DNA of 64,000 nucleotides from assembly GCA_026004595.1 (NCBI GenBank), contig BPJL01000002.1, positions 65,431 through 129,430 of the forward strand, read 5' to 3'. Source of the stretch: Patescibacteria group bacterium. GTDB lineage: Bacteria > Patescibacteriota > WWE3 > UBA101185 > UBA10185. How positions within the stretch are numbered: position 1 is the first letter of the stretch; each line of letters begins with the position of its first letter. The notes under the pieces were generated by a model. The model had not been told where the DNA came from. It did not search any database and saw only the letters and a program-made list of their open reading frames with translations. The translations under genes and the position numbers were made by a program. Positions 23,230 through 34,014 of the stretch are shown here, one piece after another.

Positions 23230-24615
23230 ATGAAACTATGCGTTATAGGGACAGGTTATGTTGGTTTGGTAGGCGCCGCGATTTTTGCCGATTGGGGGAA
23301 TTTTGTAGTTGGTGTAGACATTGATTCCGAGAAAATTGAAAGGATAAAAAAGGGCGAAATGCCAATTTATGAGCCGGGGCTTTCCGATATAGTTTTAAAA
23401 AATATTTCTCAGGGAAGACTAACTTTTACGACCTCTATTGCTGAAGGAATAAAAGACTCCGAGATTGTTTTTGTTTGCGTTGGGACTCCCCAAAGTGATA
23501 CCGGAGCTGCCGACCTGAGTGCTGTCTGGGAAGTAGCAAGAGAAATTGGCAAAAATATGAACGGTTACAAAGTTATAGTTACCAAAAGCACTGTGCCGAT
23601 CGGTACAAATGAGAAGGTTAAAGCCATAGTGAAGGAAAATCTGCCCGATCCTAGTATAGAATTTGATGTTGTGTCAAATCCGGAATTCCTTAGGGAGGGC
23701 TCCTCAGTTGAAGATATGAAGTCACCAGATAGGACGGTTGTTGGTTCGGATTCAGAACGGGCATTGGCAATAATGAGGAGATTATATGAGCACCTCAATT
23801 CTCCTATTGTGGAATGCGATTTGAGATCGGCAGAGATGATTAAGTATGCCTCAAACGGCTTTTTGGCCACGAAAATCTCCTTTATAAATGAGATCGCGCA
23901 GATATGTGAGAGATCGGGCGCTGATGTTTCGGTAGTTGCAAAAGGAATGGGTTTGGACAGAAGAATCGGACCCGCCTTTTTGAATGCAGGTATTGGATAC
24001 GGGGGGAGCTGTTTTCCAAAAGATGTTGCTGCTTTATATAAGACTTCAACCGATCAAGATTACGATTTCAAGCTCTTGAGAGGTGTGATGGAAGTTAATA
24101 TTGCTCAGCGTGAGCATTTTATGAATAAAGTTCTAAGGCATTTTGGTAAGAATTTAAGTGGGAGAACATTTGCTGTCTTGGGTCTTGCTTTCAAAGGCAA
24201 TACTGATGACATAAGGGATTCAGTTGCGATTGAAATAGTGAAAAGACTTAGGGGGTTGGGTGCCGTTTTGAAAGTATACGACCCCCAGGCAATGTACAAT
24301 GCTAAGCAAGCGTTAGGCGCCGTGAACATTGAATATTGTTTGGACAAGTATGAGACGATGCCGGGTGCTGATGCATTATTTATACTTACCGAATGGAAAG
24401 AGTTCGGGTTGTTGGAATTAGATAAGGTTAAATCTTTCTTAAAATCTCCGGTGATTTTTGACGGCCGCAACCTACTGGATAAGGAAAAAGTTGAAAACTT
24501 GGGTTTTACATATTTTGCCGTTGGTAAAAGAACTAATGGTCTTGTTAAAATAGATACAAGGAATCTGTACCAGACAGTACTGCTGAATACAAATGGATCA
24601 ATTGGCCACCATTAA
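23230..24615 (+). CDS. ugd: UDP-glucose 6-dehydrogenase
   Basis: N-terminal NAD fold GTGYVGL; catalytic region GGSCFPKDV; UDPG_MGDP_dh family architecture. Confidence 0.9.
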   Translation: MKLCVIGTGYVGLVGAAIFADWGNFVVGVDIDSEKIERIKKGEMPIYEPGLSDIVLKNISQGRLTFTTSIAEGIKDSEIVFVCVGTPQSDTGAADLSAVWEVAREIGKNMNGYKVIVTKSTVPIGTNEKVKAIVKENLPDPSIEFDVVSNPEFLREGSSVEDMKSPDRTVVGSDSERALAIMRRLYEHLNSPIVECDLRSAEMIKYASNGFLATKISFINEIAQICERSGADVSVVAKGMGLDRRIGPAFLNAGIGYGGSCFPKDVAALYKTSTDQDYDFKLLRGVMEVNIAQREHFMNKVLRHFGKNLSGRTFAVLGLAFKGNTDDIRDSVAIEIVKRLRGLGAVLKVYDPQAMYNAKQALGAVNIEYCLDKYETMPGADALFILTEWKEFGLLELDKVKSFLKSPVIFDGRNLLDKEKVENLGFTYFAVGKRTNGLVKIDTRNLYQTVLLNTNGSIGHH

Positions 24616-25813
24616 AAAGAAGGTTTTAGTTTTTATACCTGAATTCCCGGTATTAACCGAGACCTTCATAGAAAGAGAGTTGGCCGAAATCTCGCGCAGG
24701 GGCAAGATTGATCTGCAGATTTTGTCGCTTGCCAAAGGTTCCGGAGAGGTAAGTTCCGAGCTAGAGGGCAAGATTTTTTATAAGAGATTAGGAATTTTTA
24801 CACTTTTGAGTTCGTTAAGTCTTTTTTTCACTCACTGCAAAAATATTTCGAAAGCCCTGTCGATGCTGCATATCTGTGAGCTTCCTCTATTCTCAAAGTA
24901 TTATTTTTTGATAAAGGGAATGGGATACGCTCAATTGTTCCGTTCTTTTAAGCCAGACTTTGTCATTGCCCATTTTATGTCGGATGCCAGTACGGTAGCT
25001 GCGGAGGCGGCGATGATTCTCGGCATTCCGTTTGCAATATCTGCGCATGCTAAAGATGTTACGGTCAAGCCCCATTGCATAAAAGGAAAGATAGAAAAAG
25101 CCGCCTTTGTTTTGGTTTGCAACAGGCGGGCTCTTGAATATTGTGTCTACTCTGTCCACCACAACTTTTCTCACAAAATATTATTAAAATATCATGGGCT
25201 CAATCTAACTAGTTTTGGTAGAACGCAGGGAAACGGCGAGATTCCTTTAATTCTCAACATTGCTCGGCTTGAGGAAAAGAAAGGTCAAAAGTTTCTTATA
25301 GAAGCGGCCAAAAATATGAAGGATGCCGGTTTAAAGTTTAAAATAGTCATCATAGGCCCTGGGTCATTATACGAAGAATTAGAAAAAATGATCTCCGATA
25401 TGGGACTAGTTGGATATGTAGAAATAGTTGGGGGAGGCATGGGTCTTCCTTTTTCAGAAATATGCAAATACTACTTGAGAGCTGATGTTTTTGCTTTTTC
25501 TGGGGTCAACACCCAGGAAGGAGACGCCGATGGGATTGCAAATGTTCTTCTTGAAGCAGCGGCCTCTCACATCCCAATAGTTGCAACAGACTCTGGCAGT
25601 ACCACAGAATTTTTGGAAGACGGAAAGAGTGCAATTATAGTTCAGCAAAAAAATTCGGCTGTTTTGGCTGAGGCCATAATTAAGTTATTAAATGATCGTG
25701 TTTATGCAAACAAGCTGGCTGAAGAGGCCTATAAAAGGGTTGCCACAGATTTCGACATAAATGTAACTGCAGCGGCCATAGAAGACTTGATTGTTAAGGA
25801 GATTTACCAGTGA
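24593..25813 (+). CDS. GT4-family (GT-B) glycosyltransferase
   Basis: C-terminal EGDADGIANVLLEAAASHIPIVATDSGSTTEFLEDGKSAIIV (E-x7-E region). Confidence 0.8.
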   Translation: MDQLATIKKKVLVFIPEFPVLTETFIERELAEISRRGKIDLQILSLAKGSGEVSSELEGKIFYKRLGIFTLLSSLSLFFTHCKNISKALSMLHICELPLFSKYYFLIKGMGYAQLFRSFKPDFVIAHFMSDASTVAAEAAMILGIPFAISAHAKDVTVKPHCIKGKIEKAAFVLVCNRRALEYCVYSVHHNFSHKILLKYHGLNLTSFGRTQGNGEIPLILNIARLEEKKGQKFLIEAAKNMKDAGLKFKIVIIGPGSLYEELEKMISDMGLVGYVEIVGGGMGLPFSEICKYYLRADVFAFSGVNTQEGDADGIANVLLEAAASHIPIVATDSGSTTEFLEDGKSAIIVQQKNSAVLAEAIIKLLNDRVYANKLAEEAYKRVATDFDINVTAAAIEDLIVKEIYQ

Positions 25814-27000
25814 GAATAGCGGTATTTATAAAATCCTCTACTTTCAGCAAATCGTACGGCGGACTGGAAACTCAGAACAAGCTTTTGTGCGAGGGGCTTG
25901 CTTCCAGAGGGCACACGGTTGTTGTATTTACGCCTAATATTGAGTTAGAAGCTCGGGAGGTGAGGGAGTCGGGTGTCTTATACAAATTCGTTGAATGTAA
26001 AGTTGCAAGCTATAGTTCAGTGACGGTGCCCAAAAAAGACAGCTGGCCCCTAAAATCTCTTGAGGAATTTCGGATTGCCAATTCCAAGGAAAAATTTGAT
26101 TTAATTATCGGACAAAGTTCTGCCGCTATAGGTGTTATTAAGTCTAGGGTAGAATTTGGAGTTCCTATAATCTCGATTTCCCACGGGACAAAAATGGGCG
26201 AAATGCAGACAAAGATACAGAGTGATGTTTCACTTAAAGGGATAGCCCGAACCTTACTGGATTTACCTCATGCGTTGAAAAACTTTTTTACAGTTCAGAG
26301 AGAATTTGTTCATGGCTCCAATTTGGTAATCGCTGTTTCAAGTTATGTAAAAAAGGCTCTTATTGATGAAACATTTGTTGATGAGCAAAAGGTTAGAGTG
26401 GTAAATAATGGAATCCAGCCTTTCGGGGATGTGAATAAAGAATATTCGGCGGAGAAAGGCAATCTGCGTCTCCTTTATGTGGGGCAGTTGATCAAATCTA
26501 AAGGTATTTTAAGGATTGCTGATATGGTGGCACACGGCATGTTAGAGGGAATGTCTTTGGACATAGTTGGCGCAGGGGACCTTTATGAAAGTTTGGATCA
26601 TCTGGCTAAGAACAGCGGGGGTAAAATTAATATGCATGGCAAGCTTCCATATGAGGATGTTTTGAAAATTTATGATCCAAGGCGGTTTGACGTTTTTGTT
26701 TTTCCCACCTCCAGAATAGAAGGGTTCCCTATGGTTTTAATTGAAGCCATGTTTGGGGGATTGCCCATTGTTGCTTTTGGTTTGGGCGGGGTCCCTGATG
26801 CGGTTTTTGACAATGAAACAGGATTTTTGGTAAAAGCGGGAGACTTCAGAGCTTTCAAAGCGAACCTTGAGGAGCTTAGAAACCACCCGGAACTCGTCAA
26901 GAAAATGGGGGCTAATGCTAGAAACAAGGCAGTTGAAAGATTTTCGCTGGACAAAATGTTAGACTCTTATGAGGAGATATTTGAGGAGGTTATGAAATGA
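25810..27000 (+). CDS. GT4-family glycosyltransferase
   Basis: Contains FPTSRIEGFPMVLIEAMFGGLPIVAFGLGGVPDAV. Confidence 0.85.
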   Translation: MRIAVFIKSSTFSKSYGGLETQNKLLCEGLASRGHTVVVFTPNIELEAREVRESGVLYKFVECKVASYSSVTVPKKDSWPLKSLEEFRIANSKEKFDLIIGQSSAAIGVIKSRVEFGVPIISISHGTKMGEMQTKIQSDVSLKGIARTLLDLPHALKNFFTVQREFVHGSNLVIAVSSYVKKALIDETFVDEQKVRVVNNGIQPFGDVNKEYSAEKGNLRLLYVGQLIKSKGILRIADMVAHGMLEGMSLDIVGAGDLYESLDHLAKNSGGKINMHGKLPYEDVLKIYDPRRFDVFVFPTSRIEGFPMVLIEAMFGGLPIVAFGLGGVPDAVFDNETGFLVKAGDFRAFKANLEELRNHPELVKKMGANARNKAVERFSLDKMLDSYEEIFEEVMK

Positions 27001-28190
27001 ACATTTTAAGGATAGTATACGACTGGCCAAACCCTTGGCAGGGATTAGCTCCGCACCCGTACGAAATCACTGTTTCCCAGCTTAAGCAGGGTCATAAAGT
27101 TGTTTTATTCTGCGGTCAGTGGCCAAAGTCAGGCGGTCCCGTTATATTGAAAGGCCTTGAGATTTATCCTATAGATCGTGAGCCCCTTCCAAACACTATA
27201 TTTTTCACAAGCAGTATTAAACTTTTTTTTCAATATTTAAAATATCGTAAAAAGTACAGGCCTGATGTAATTCATTCTCACGGTCATTTTGCAATATGGA
27301 TTTATGCTTATCGCTCTTTTTTGAAAAAACATTTTCCTTGGTCAAAAGAATTAAAGATTCCTCTGGTTGTTCATTTCCATAATACAGCCAAGGGGAGGTG
27401 GTTATCTTTTCAAAAGGAAGGGAAACCTATAAAGCTGATGTCAAAACTTTTGGGTTGGCCAATGGCGGTATACTCGGACAAAAAGGCGGTCGAAGCCGCA
27501 TCCGCAATGATATTTGTCAGCGAAGAAAATAGACGAGAAGCAATTGAATATTACGGAGCCAATCCTAACAAGTGTTTTTTGGTAGAAACTGGTGTTAATA
27601 CCGAACTGTTTACTCCTGTAGGTGAAGAAGAAAAGGAAAAATCAAGAAAGGACATTGGTCTTGATAGGTTGGATAAAGTTATATTAAATCATGGTGTAAT
27701 AACGGAAAGAAAAAATATACACCTTTTGATAGATGCACTTGCTCTTCTTTCTGAAGAGTACAAATTAATACTTTCTGGCAGTCCCGATCCTAGTTACCTT
27801 GAAAAATTGAACGAGCAGATGAAACTTAAAAAAGTTGAGCATAGGGTTATAAAGACAGGGTACACACCATATCCGCATGTTCCAATTGCCTACCAAATTG
27901 CTGATGTTTTCGTATTGCCGTCTTCGTGGGAAGGATTACCAAAGGCTGTAATGCAGGGATTGGCGTGTGGAATACCCTGTCTTGTATCGGGGTTCAAAGT
28001 TCAGGAAGAAATTAGAGGCCTTTACTATCTTAGAAATCTTGATCCTCAAACAATAGCCGACCAAATAAAAGAAATTACAAGCCAGCCGAGGGATGTAGAT
28101 GTCCAAATGATTAGATCTAAGTATTCGTGGAATCAGAAAATTTCTGCTATTGACGCGATATATGAATTTGCGATCAAAAACTATATATAG
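26997..28190 (+). CDS. GT4-family glycosyltransferase
   Basis: Contains LPSSWEGLPKAVMQGLACGIPCLVS. Confidence 0.8.
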   Translation: MNILRIVYDWPNPWQGLAPHPYEITVSQLKQGHKVVLFCGQWPKSGGPVILKGLEIYPIDREPLPNTIFFTSSIKLFFQYLKYRKKYRPDVIHSHGHFAIWIYAYRSFLKKHFPWSKELKIPLVVHFHNTAKGRWLSFQKEGKPIKLMSKLLGWPMAVYSDKKAVEAASAMIFVSEENRREAIEYYGANPNKCFLVETGVNTELFTPVGEEEKEKSRKDIGLDRLDKVILNHGVITERKNIHLLIDALALLSEEYKLILSGSPDPSYLEKLNEQMKLKKVEHRVIKTGYTPYPHVPIAYQIADVFVLPSSWEGLPKAVMQGLACGIPCLVSGFKVQEEIRGLYYLRNLDPQTIADQIKEITSQPRDVDVQMIRSKYSWNQKISAIDAIYEFAIKNYI

Positions 28191-29685
28191 GGTTCTGCCT
28201 TATGTTTTTTTCATTCTTTCGCACGTGTTTCTCTTTAACGTGAACACTGCTGAATGGGGTGACTCTTATAGAATTTTACGGGCTTCAGAGTATATTAGGG
28301 CGGGGGCTTACCCTGATGATGAAAAAAGGCCTCCCTTATATTCTGTGGTTTTGGCCCTGAGACCTGAATCGGCAGATCCCATCCAATGGGGCAGGGGAAT
28401 TATGTTCATAGTATCTCTTGCCGGTTTCTTTCTGTTTGATAGGTATTTGAGGCGATACGTAAAGGATGCGAGATTTGTTTTTCTTGGAATGATGCTACTT
28501 GCCCTTAATCCCGACTTTTTATATTGGTCAATAAGAATTATGGCCGATGCCCCCTTTGCTATTTTGGCTTTGTTGGCTATTTATTTATATAAAAATGGAT
28601 TAAGTAATAACCGCCTTTTTTTAATTGGTATTATTGTGGGTTTATCTGTTCTAACAAGATTTGAGGGATATCTTTTAGCGGCGTCGCTTGCTTTGTCATT
28701 GTTTTTATGTGCTAGAGGAAGAATTAAGCCCGTATGGCCATACCTGTCCTATTTGGCGGGAATTATGCTGATTGTCCTGCCGTGGATCATATACAGACCG
28801 CCCCTTTCTTCAAAGTATTTTGATGAGCCGGCTGGTAGAAAGTACGATTTGGAAATGATTTGGGTATATTTTGCAAGTCTTGTTTCTGTATTTGGATTTG
28901 TTCCCGCTTTCGCGATAATTTTGGATCGGGGAAAAGAGGTAATTGTTTTTTTGAAAAGGAATATTCATATTGCCTCCTTTTTACTTTTTGAACTGGCACT
29001 GATTCTTCTTTGGCCGGCCGCAATACCTAGGTTGTTTGTTGCGATAATTCCAGTGCTGATTATAATTTTTGTTGTCGCTTTTGAAAGCTGGTGGGAAAAT
29101 GGGGGAAGAAAAAGAACTTGGGTTTATTCTGTGATCTTAATGGTTTTCTATGTTGTTTCCCAGTATTTTCTTAAGCTGCAGTTTCTTGTTCTTGATAAAA
29201 AGCTATTTGCTATTTTGCTGACTCTTCAGTTTGTCGCGTTTTATTTCTTAGCAAAGAAAAAGTTTGTTCATTCTGTGGCCCTTATTATTTTAATAATGCT
29301 TATTTGGTCTTACTCTGTAATTTGGATGCATAAGGACATATTTATTTCTGTTAAGAACGCAGCGGAGTATGCGGCCAAAAACCTTCAAGGAAAGGTAGCA
29401 TACAACGATGTTAGTAGTGTGTCCGATTTTTATCTTAATGTTTTGGACACCCCTAAGGTCAGCGGTTTTTACTACAATACTGAAAGTAAAAAGAATCTGA
29501 CTTTTGAAGCTTTGGAAGCGACAGGAGCTGATTATTTTCTTATTACCAACGAGCATAATACTACTATGGAGCTAGACCTTGAATCCAGACCCTACCTTAT
29601 CCCTGTAAAGGATTTTAGTTATAATGTAAACGGAGCCGACTTTTTTGCTAAAATAGTAAGGTTTTCGAGGGAGAATCGGCCGTGA
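28162..29685 (+). CDS. Polytopic GT-C-fold glycosyltransferase (ArnT/PMT_2-like)
   Basis: More than ten transmembrane segments; N-terminal loop carries YPDDEKRPPLY (DE motif); start uncertain (TTG at 28150 or ATG at 28162). Confidence 0.6.
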   Translation: MNLRSKTIYRVLPYVFFILSHVFLFNVNTAEWGDSYRILRASEYIRAGAYPDDEKRPPLYSVVLALRPESADPIQWGRGIMFIVSLAGFFLFDRYLRRYVKDARFVFLGMMLLALNPDFLYWSIRIMADAPFAILALLAIYLYKNGLSNNRLFLIGIIVGLSVLTRFEGYLLAASLALSLFLCARGRIKPVWPYLSYLAGIMLIVLPWIIYRPPLSSKYFDEPAGRKYDLEMIWVYFASLVSVFGFVPAFAIILDRGKEVIVFLKRNIHIASFLLFELALILLWPAAIPRLFVAIIPVLIIIFVVAFESWWENGGRKRTWVYSVILMVFYVVSQYFLKLQFLVLDKKLFAILLTLQFVAFYFLAKKKFVHSVALIILIMLIWSYSVIWMHKDIFISVKNAAEYAAKNLQGKVAYNDVSSVSDFYLNVLDTPKVSGFYYNTESKKNLTFEALEATGADYFLITNEHNTTMELDLESRPYLIPVKDFSYNVNGADFFAKIVRFSRENRP

Positions 29686-30368
29686 AACTATCAATAGTAG
29701 TGCCTGTTTACAATGAGAAGAATACAATAGAAAAAATACTTGATGAAATCAGGGCAGTTGAAGGTTTGGAGAAGGAAATAATAGTAGTTGATGACGCATC
29801 GACTGACGGAACTGTCGAAATATTGAAAAGGCTGGAAGCCAAAAATCCCGATATCAAGTTTATTTACAAGGAGAAAAATAGGGGAAAAGGGCATACTCTT
29901 AAAATAGGATTTGAACATGTAACAGGAGACTACGTTATTGTTCAGGACGCCGATCTTGAGTATGACCCCCATGACTACCACAAACTTATCCGTGCTTTGA
30001 GTGAACATAATGCCGATGTAATTTATGGAAGCAGATTCTCAGGTAGTTATGAGGATATGTCAACTCTCCACTACATAGGCAACAAAATGTTGACCTTGAT
30101 TACAAACATTTTTTTTGGAGTGATGCTTACCGATATGGAAACATGTTACAAACTTATGCCCGGCGATTTTGTGAGGAAAGTTAACATAAAAAGCGAACGT
30201 TTTGATTTTGAGCCTGAAATAACTGCCAAGATATTAAAATCGGGGCTAAAAATTAGAGAAGTGCCAATTTCCTACCGCGGGCGAACTCGCAGAGAGGGTA
30301 AGAAGATATCTTGGAAAGACGGAATTCACGCCTTGTTTACCTTGATAAAATACAGGTTTTTTAACTAA
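29682..30368 (+). CDS. GT2 polyprenyl-phosphate sugar synthase (Dpm1-like)
   Basis: Starts IVVPVYNEKNTIE, has VVDDASTDGT and QDADLEYDP. Confidence 0.85.
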   Translation: MKLSIVVPVYNEKNTIEKILDEIRAVEGLEKEIIVVDDASTDGTVEILKRLEAKNPDIKFIYKEKNRGKGHTLKIGFEHVTGDYVIVQDADLEYDPHDYHKLIRALSEHNADVIYGSRFSGSYEDMSTLHYIGNKMLTLITNIFFGVMLTDMETCYKLMPGDFVRKVNIKSERFDFEPEITAKILKSGLKIREVPISYRGRTRREGKKISWKDGIHALFTLIKYRFFN

Positions 30369-30370
30369 TA

Positions 30371-32482
30371 ATGAAAATCCTTAAATTTGTTAGAAAAAAT
30401 TTTTTCTTTTTAATTCTTACGGTCGTTGTTTTGGTAAATATTGTAGTAAGTATGAGGGTTAACCTTTTCCGCTACAACAATTTTGATTTTGGAAAATTTG
30501 ATTTGGGTAACATGTCTCAAATGCTTTGGAATACACTTCATGGGAGGTTTATGTATTTAACAGACTATTTTGGCACTAATCTTCCGAGGTGGGCGATGAG
30601 TCATGTTGACCCATTAATTCTTATTTTTCTTCCCCTTTTTGTTTTATATCAGCATCCCCTTACTTTGGTTTTTTCTCAATTTATCATGGTCATACTTTCG
30701 GCGTATTTGGTTTATAAAATCGCTTATCTTCGTCTTGAATCAAAGGCCGCCTCGGCCTTGATAGGGGTATCATATTTATTGTACCCGGCTCTTGGTTATA
30801 TTAACGCTTGGACAGGCTTCCACGCAGTAACCGCGGCGATACCTTTCTTTTTTGGGGCATTTTACCTATTTGAAAAAATGTACATTGAGAAAAAATTCAG
30901 CCGAAAAAACTTGATTATATTTTGGGTGTTGCTGATTTTAGTAATGGCGGGAAAGGAGCAACTTCCTCTTTATGTTTTCATATTTTCACTCTTCATACTT
31001 TTGTTTAGGCAAGTTAAGGAGGAAGGAAAGAAGTTTTATCAGACTGTAACTGGACGGCTTGGGCTGGAAATGCTTGTTGTTTCATTTGTATGGTTTGTAT
31101 TGGCTTTTTTTATTATTATACCCGCTTATTCACACTATAGAGTAGAAGGATACAACAGATTTGCTAAGGAAATAGGAATTGCGGATGATGAAACGAGAGA
31201 TGTTTCACAGCCTAATTACTTTTTGAACAGGTATGAAGCATTCGGAGAATCCTACTCAGATATTATGGTGGGAATGTTTCTTGATCACAAAAAAACCATT
31301 CGCATTTTTTTTGGGGGAGACAGAATTGACAATTTGCTTAAGACATTTAGCCCGGTCTTATTTTTGCCTTTGGCATATCCACAGATACTTGTGATTGCCG
31401 CCCCGGACTTTCTTATCAACTACCTAACTTCTGCCGATGGTGTTGGGACAGCCGAAATAATTAACCATAGAATCTCAATGATAATTCCCGTGCTTTTTAT
31501 TTCTTCAATATATGCGATAGGAAGTTTTGCTGACACCTTAAGCTCGTTCGTCAAAAAAAGACCGAAGATTAAAAAAGGAATTCAGGTGTTTCTATCTCTA
31601 TCTATGGTTGTTTCGGGTTTATACACGGCCTTTACATACAATAGCCCTATATATCTTTGGATCGACCAAGCTGTAAGAAAAAGGGTTTCTGCCGCCGAAT
31701 ATGACCCCGAAGGGGTTTGGAGAAGCAATTTGGAGGTTGGAGATGTTGTTAGACTTCCCGATTTAGATAATAAAGACGTAGATTGTGCGGAGAAGATTGT
31801 AGGTCTAATTCCCAAAAACGCTTCTGTGACCGGGCCGGATTATCTTGGGGCCCATCTTTCGTTAAGGGAAACATATGCCATATTTCCAGCTCTCTACACG
31901 AGCGCTGATTACGTTATAGTTGATGTGTTTTCAAGGAAAATTCTTACCATTCTTGAGGCCAATGAGAATTTGGTTAGAGATATAACTGCAGAAATAATTA
32001 AGAGCAAAGATCACGAGTTAGTTACGGGCTGCGGCAATCTATTTGTTTTCAAAAAAGTCGGCATTCATGATAAAAGCGATCTTCTTCCTATGCAGGAGAA
32101 ATTTTCCTACCCGGCGAAGTATACATATGACATCCTTTTTGGGACAGAGTTGGCTGATTATGAATACCCCAAACAAGTTGTTAGGGGTGTAACAGAAAAA
32201 TTCAAGCTTGTATTTTTCAAAAGAGAGAGCGATTCGCTTAATGGTTTTGTAATGTACATGACTTTTATGAATACTGCGACAGGCAGGCTTTATGAGATAG
32301 CGAACCTTCCTTCATTTTCATTAATACAACCGGCGGATTGGGATTCTGATAGGTATTACATTGAGGAGCTTGATGTGAACTTTCCGAATTTCCTTGATCC
32401 GGGGGAATACAGGGTGTTCGTAGGCATGTCTAACAAAGTGAAGACACGAAATCTGTATATTGGGAATATAATTATCCTGTAA
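30371..32482 (+). CDS. DUF2079-family large integral membrane protein (predicted GT-C-like transferase)
   Basis: N-terminal RYNNFDFGKFDLGNMSQMLWNTLHG and HVDPLILIF are characteristic of DUF2079; 703 aa. Confidence 0.65.
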   Translation: MKILKFVRKNFFFLILTVVVLVNIVVSMRVNLFRYNNFDFGKFDLGNMSQMLWNTLHGRFMYLTDYFGTNLPRWAMSHVDPLILIFLPLFVLYQHPLTLVFSQFIMVILSAYLVYKIAYLRLESKAASALIGVSYLLYPALGYINAWTGFHAVTAAIPFFFGAFYLFEKMYIEKKFSRKNLIIFWVLLILVMAGKEQLPLYVFIFSLFILLFRQVKEEGKKFYQTVTGRLGLEMLVVSFVWFVLAFFIIIPAYSHYRVEGYNRFAKEIGIADDETRDVSQPNYFLNRYEAFGESYSDIMVGMFLDHKKTIRIFFGGDRIDNLLKTFSPVLFLPLAYPQILVIAAPDFLINYLTSADGVGTAEIINHRISMIIPVLFISSIYAIGSFADTLSSFVKKRPKIKKGIQVFLSLSMVVSGLYTAFTYNSPIYLWIDQAVRKRVSAAEYDPEGVWRSNLEVGDVVRLPDLDNKDVDCAEKIVGLIPKNASVTGPDYLGAHLSLRETYAIFPALYTSADYVIVDVFSRKILTILEANENLVRDITAEIIKSKDHELVTGCGNLFVFKKVGIHDKSDLLPMQEKFSYPAKYTYDILFGTELADYEYPKQVVRGVTEKFKLVFFKRESDSLNGFVMYMTFMNTATGRLYEIANLPSFSLIQPADWDSDRYYIEELDVNFPNFLDPGEYRVFVGMSNKVKTRNLYIGNIIIL

Positions 32483-32484
32483 CT

Positions 32485-33984
32485 ATGAAAGAGCTGGGAA
32501 AATGGCAGATAATAAGTTTTGCGTCAAGAATGATGGCAATGCTTTTGGGCCTGGTTCAGACGTTTGTAATAATAAGAGTGTTGAGTGTGGGGGAGTGGGG
32601 GATCGTGCAGCTGGCAATTTCTATAGGAGGTGCTTTGGGTATCTATCAACATCTGGGGCTTGCTTCAGCCTCAACCCGCGAGATATCATCTGCCGAAGAC
32701 GATAAGGAAATTTTCAAAATATTTATCACCTCTGCTGTAATAAGATATGTAATTACATTGCCTATAGCTATAGGGCTTTTTTTGTTTGCCAGCCATATTG
32801 GTGCCGGAATTTACAAAAACGCGGCTCTTGTTGTGCCCATAAAAATTTACGCTGTGACACTTATTTTACAAGGTGTTCAAAGCATATTGAATTCTGTCAT
32901 CGCTGGGACAAAGAGGTTTAAACAACTTTTTATCTATCAAGTGGCAATAGCTATAGCAAGTGTTGTGATTTTTATACCCCTTGTTCTTGCTTACAGAGTA
33001 GAAGGTTATTTTTATGCTTTTCTTATGTTCAACGCTTTAAGTTCAATAGTTCTTGGCTACATTGCTTTCAAGCCTCTTAAAGGAAATCTGAAGCTCCCAA
33101 GCAGAAGAGATTTCAAGCGAATATTTAAAGAAATTTTTTCCATCAGCATGGCTATATATTTGGTGAAAATAATCTACACTAATTGGGAAAAGTTTGGGAA
33201 CAATGTATTAGGATTGTTTAACTCTCCGGAAATAGTCGCAATATTCGCTTTTGCTATGCTTTACGCAAAAAAATTGATGAGCATCTCCGATTCGGTGACC
33301 GATGTTAATCTTCCTGTTCTTTCTGAGAAGTATGTCAAGGATTTTGATGATTTTAAGAAATTGTTTGTTAGGAATTTTGATAAGATTTTCGTAACTGTTA
33401 TAGCTGCAGCTACCTTTGCCGCGTACTGGTCACCAGAAATAGTAGGTTTGGTTGTGGGAGGTGAAAAGTACAGAGACGCTTATACCTTGATTCCTCCCGT
33501 TATCTTAGCTTTCATTCTTTATTCTTTTATAAATATTGTTAAATCGAGCGTTCTCATACCAGCAAAAATGTCAAAGCACATGGTAATAGGTTTTATGGCG
33601 CTTCTTGTGGGTACTGCAGCGATGTTTTTTTCAATCTATAAGCTTATTGGGGCTCTCCCGGCCATGGCTTGGGGAACCGCTTTTGGGGCAGCACTGTCCT
33701 TTTTGTATATCAATTTAGCAATAAAAAAGAATCTTAAGTTTGTTTATTTCAATATAGATCATTTGGCGATATTGGTGCAGGCCTTTTCAATATCACTAAT
33801 TAATACGGTTCCTCTTATTTTAAAAATTCCGGTCTTTTTCTTCCTTTTCATGCTTTTGATATGGGCATTTTTCATTCCGGGCTTTGTTACAACGCAGGAG
33901 TTGAAAGAGAGTTTTGGGTATATTAAAAGATTTTCAAAAAAATATGGAAAGGTCGAAACCCCGCCATATGAGGAAATTCAGTAA
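32485..33984 (+). CDS. Polysaccharide biosynthesis protein / oligosaccharide flippase (MOP superfamily, Wzx-like)
   Basis: 499 aa, about 14 transmembrane segments, typical Wzx topology. Confidence 0.7.
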   Translation: MKELGKWQIISFASRMMAMLLGLVQTFVIIRVLSVGEWGIVQLAISIGGALGIYQHLGLASASTREISSAEDDKEIFKIFITSAVIRYVITLPIAIGLFLFASHIGAGIYKNAALVVPIKIYAVTLILQGVQSILNSVIAGTKRFKQLFIYQVAIAIASVVIFIPLVLAYRVEGYFYAFLMFNALSSIVLGYIAFKPLKGNLKLPSRRDFKRIFKEIFSISMAIYLVKIIYTNWEKFGNNVLGLFNSPEIVAIFAFAMLYAKKLMSISDSVTDVNLPVLSEKYVKDFDDFKKLFVRNFDKIFVTVIAAATFAAYWSPEIVGLVVGGEKYRDAYTLIPPVILAFILYSFINIVKSSVLIPAKMSKHMVIGFMALLVGTAAMFFSIYKLIGALPAMAWGTAFGAALSFLYINLAIKKNLKFVYFNIDHLAILVQAFSISLINTVPLILKIPVFFFLFMLLIWAFFIPGFVTTQELKESFGYIKRFSKKYGKVETPPYEEIQ

Positions 33985-34014
33985 AAATATTTTAACCGGC
34001 CCGGAGAATTACTT

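Noticed and set aside
32502-32705. Internal + strand ORF (67 aa) inside the flippase gene, and other nested ORFs (34670-34891, 34749-34946, 37221-37592, 42100-42300)
   Set aside because: They are out-of-frame overlaps within longer, motif-supported genes.
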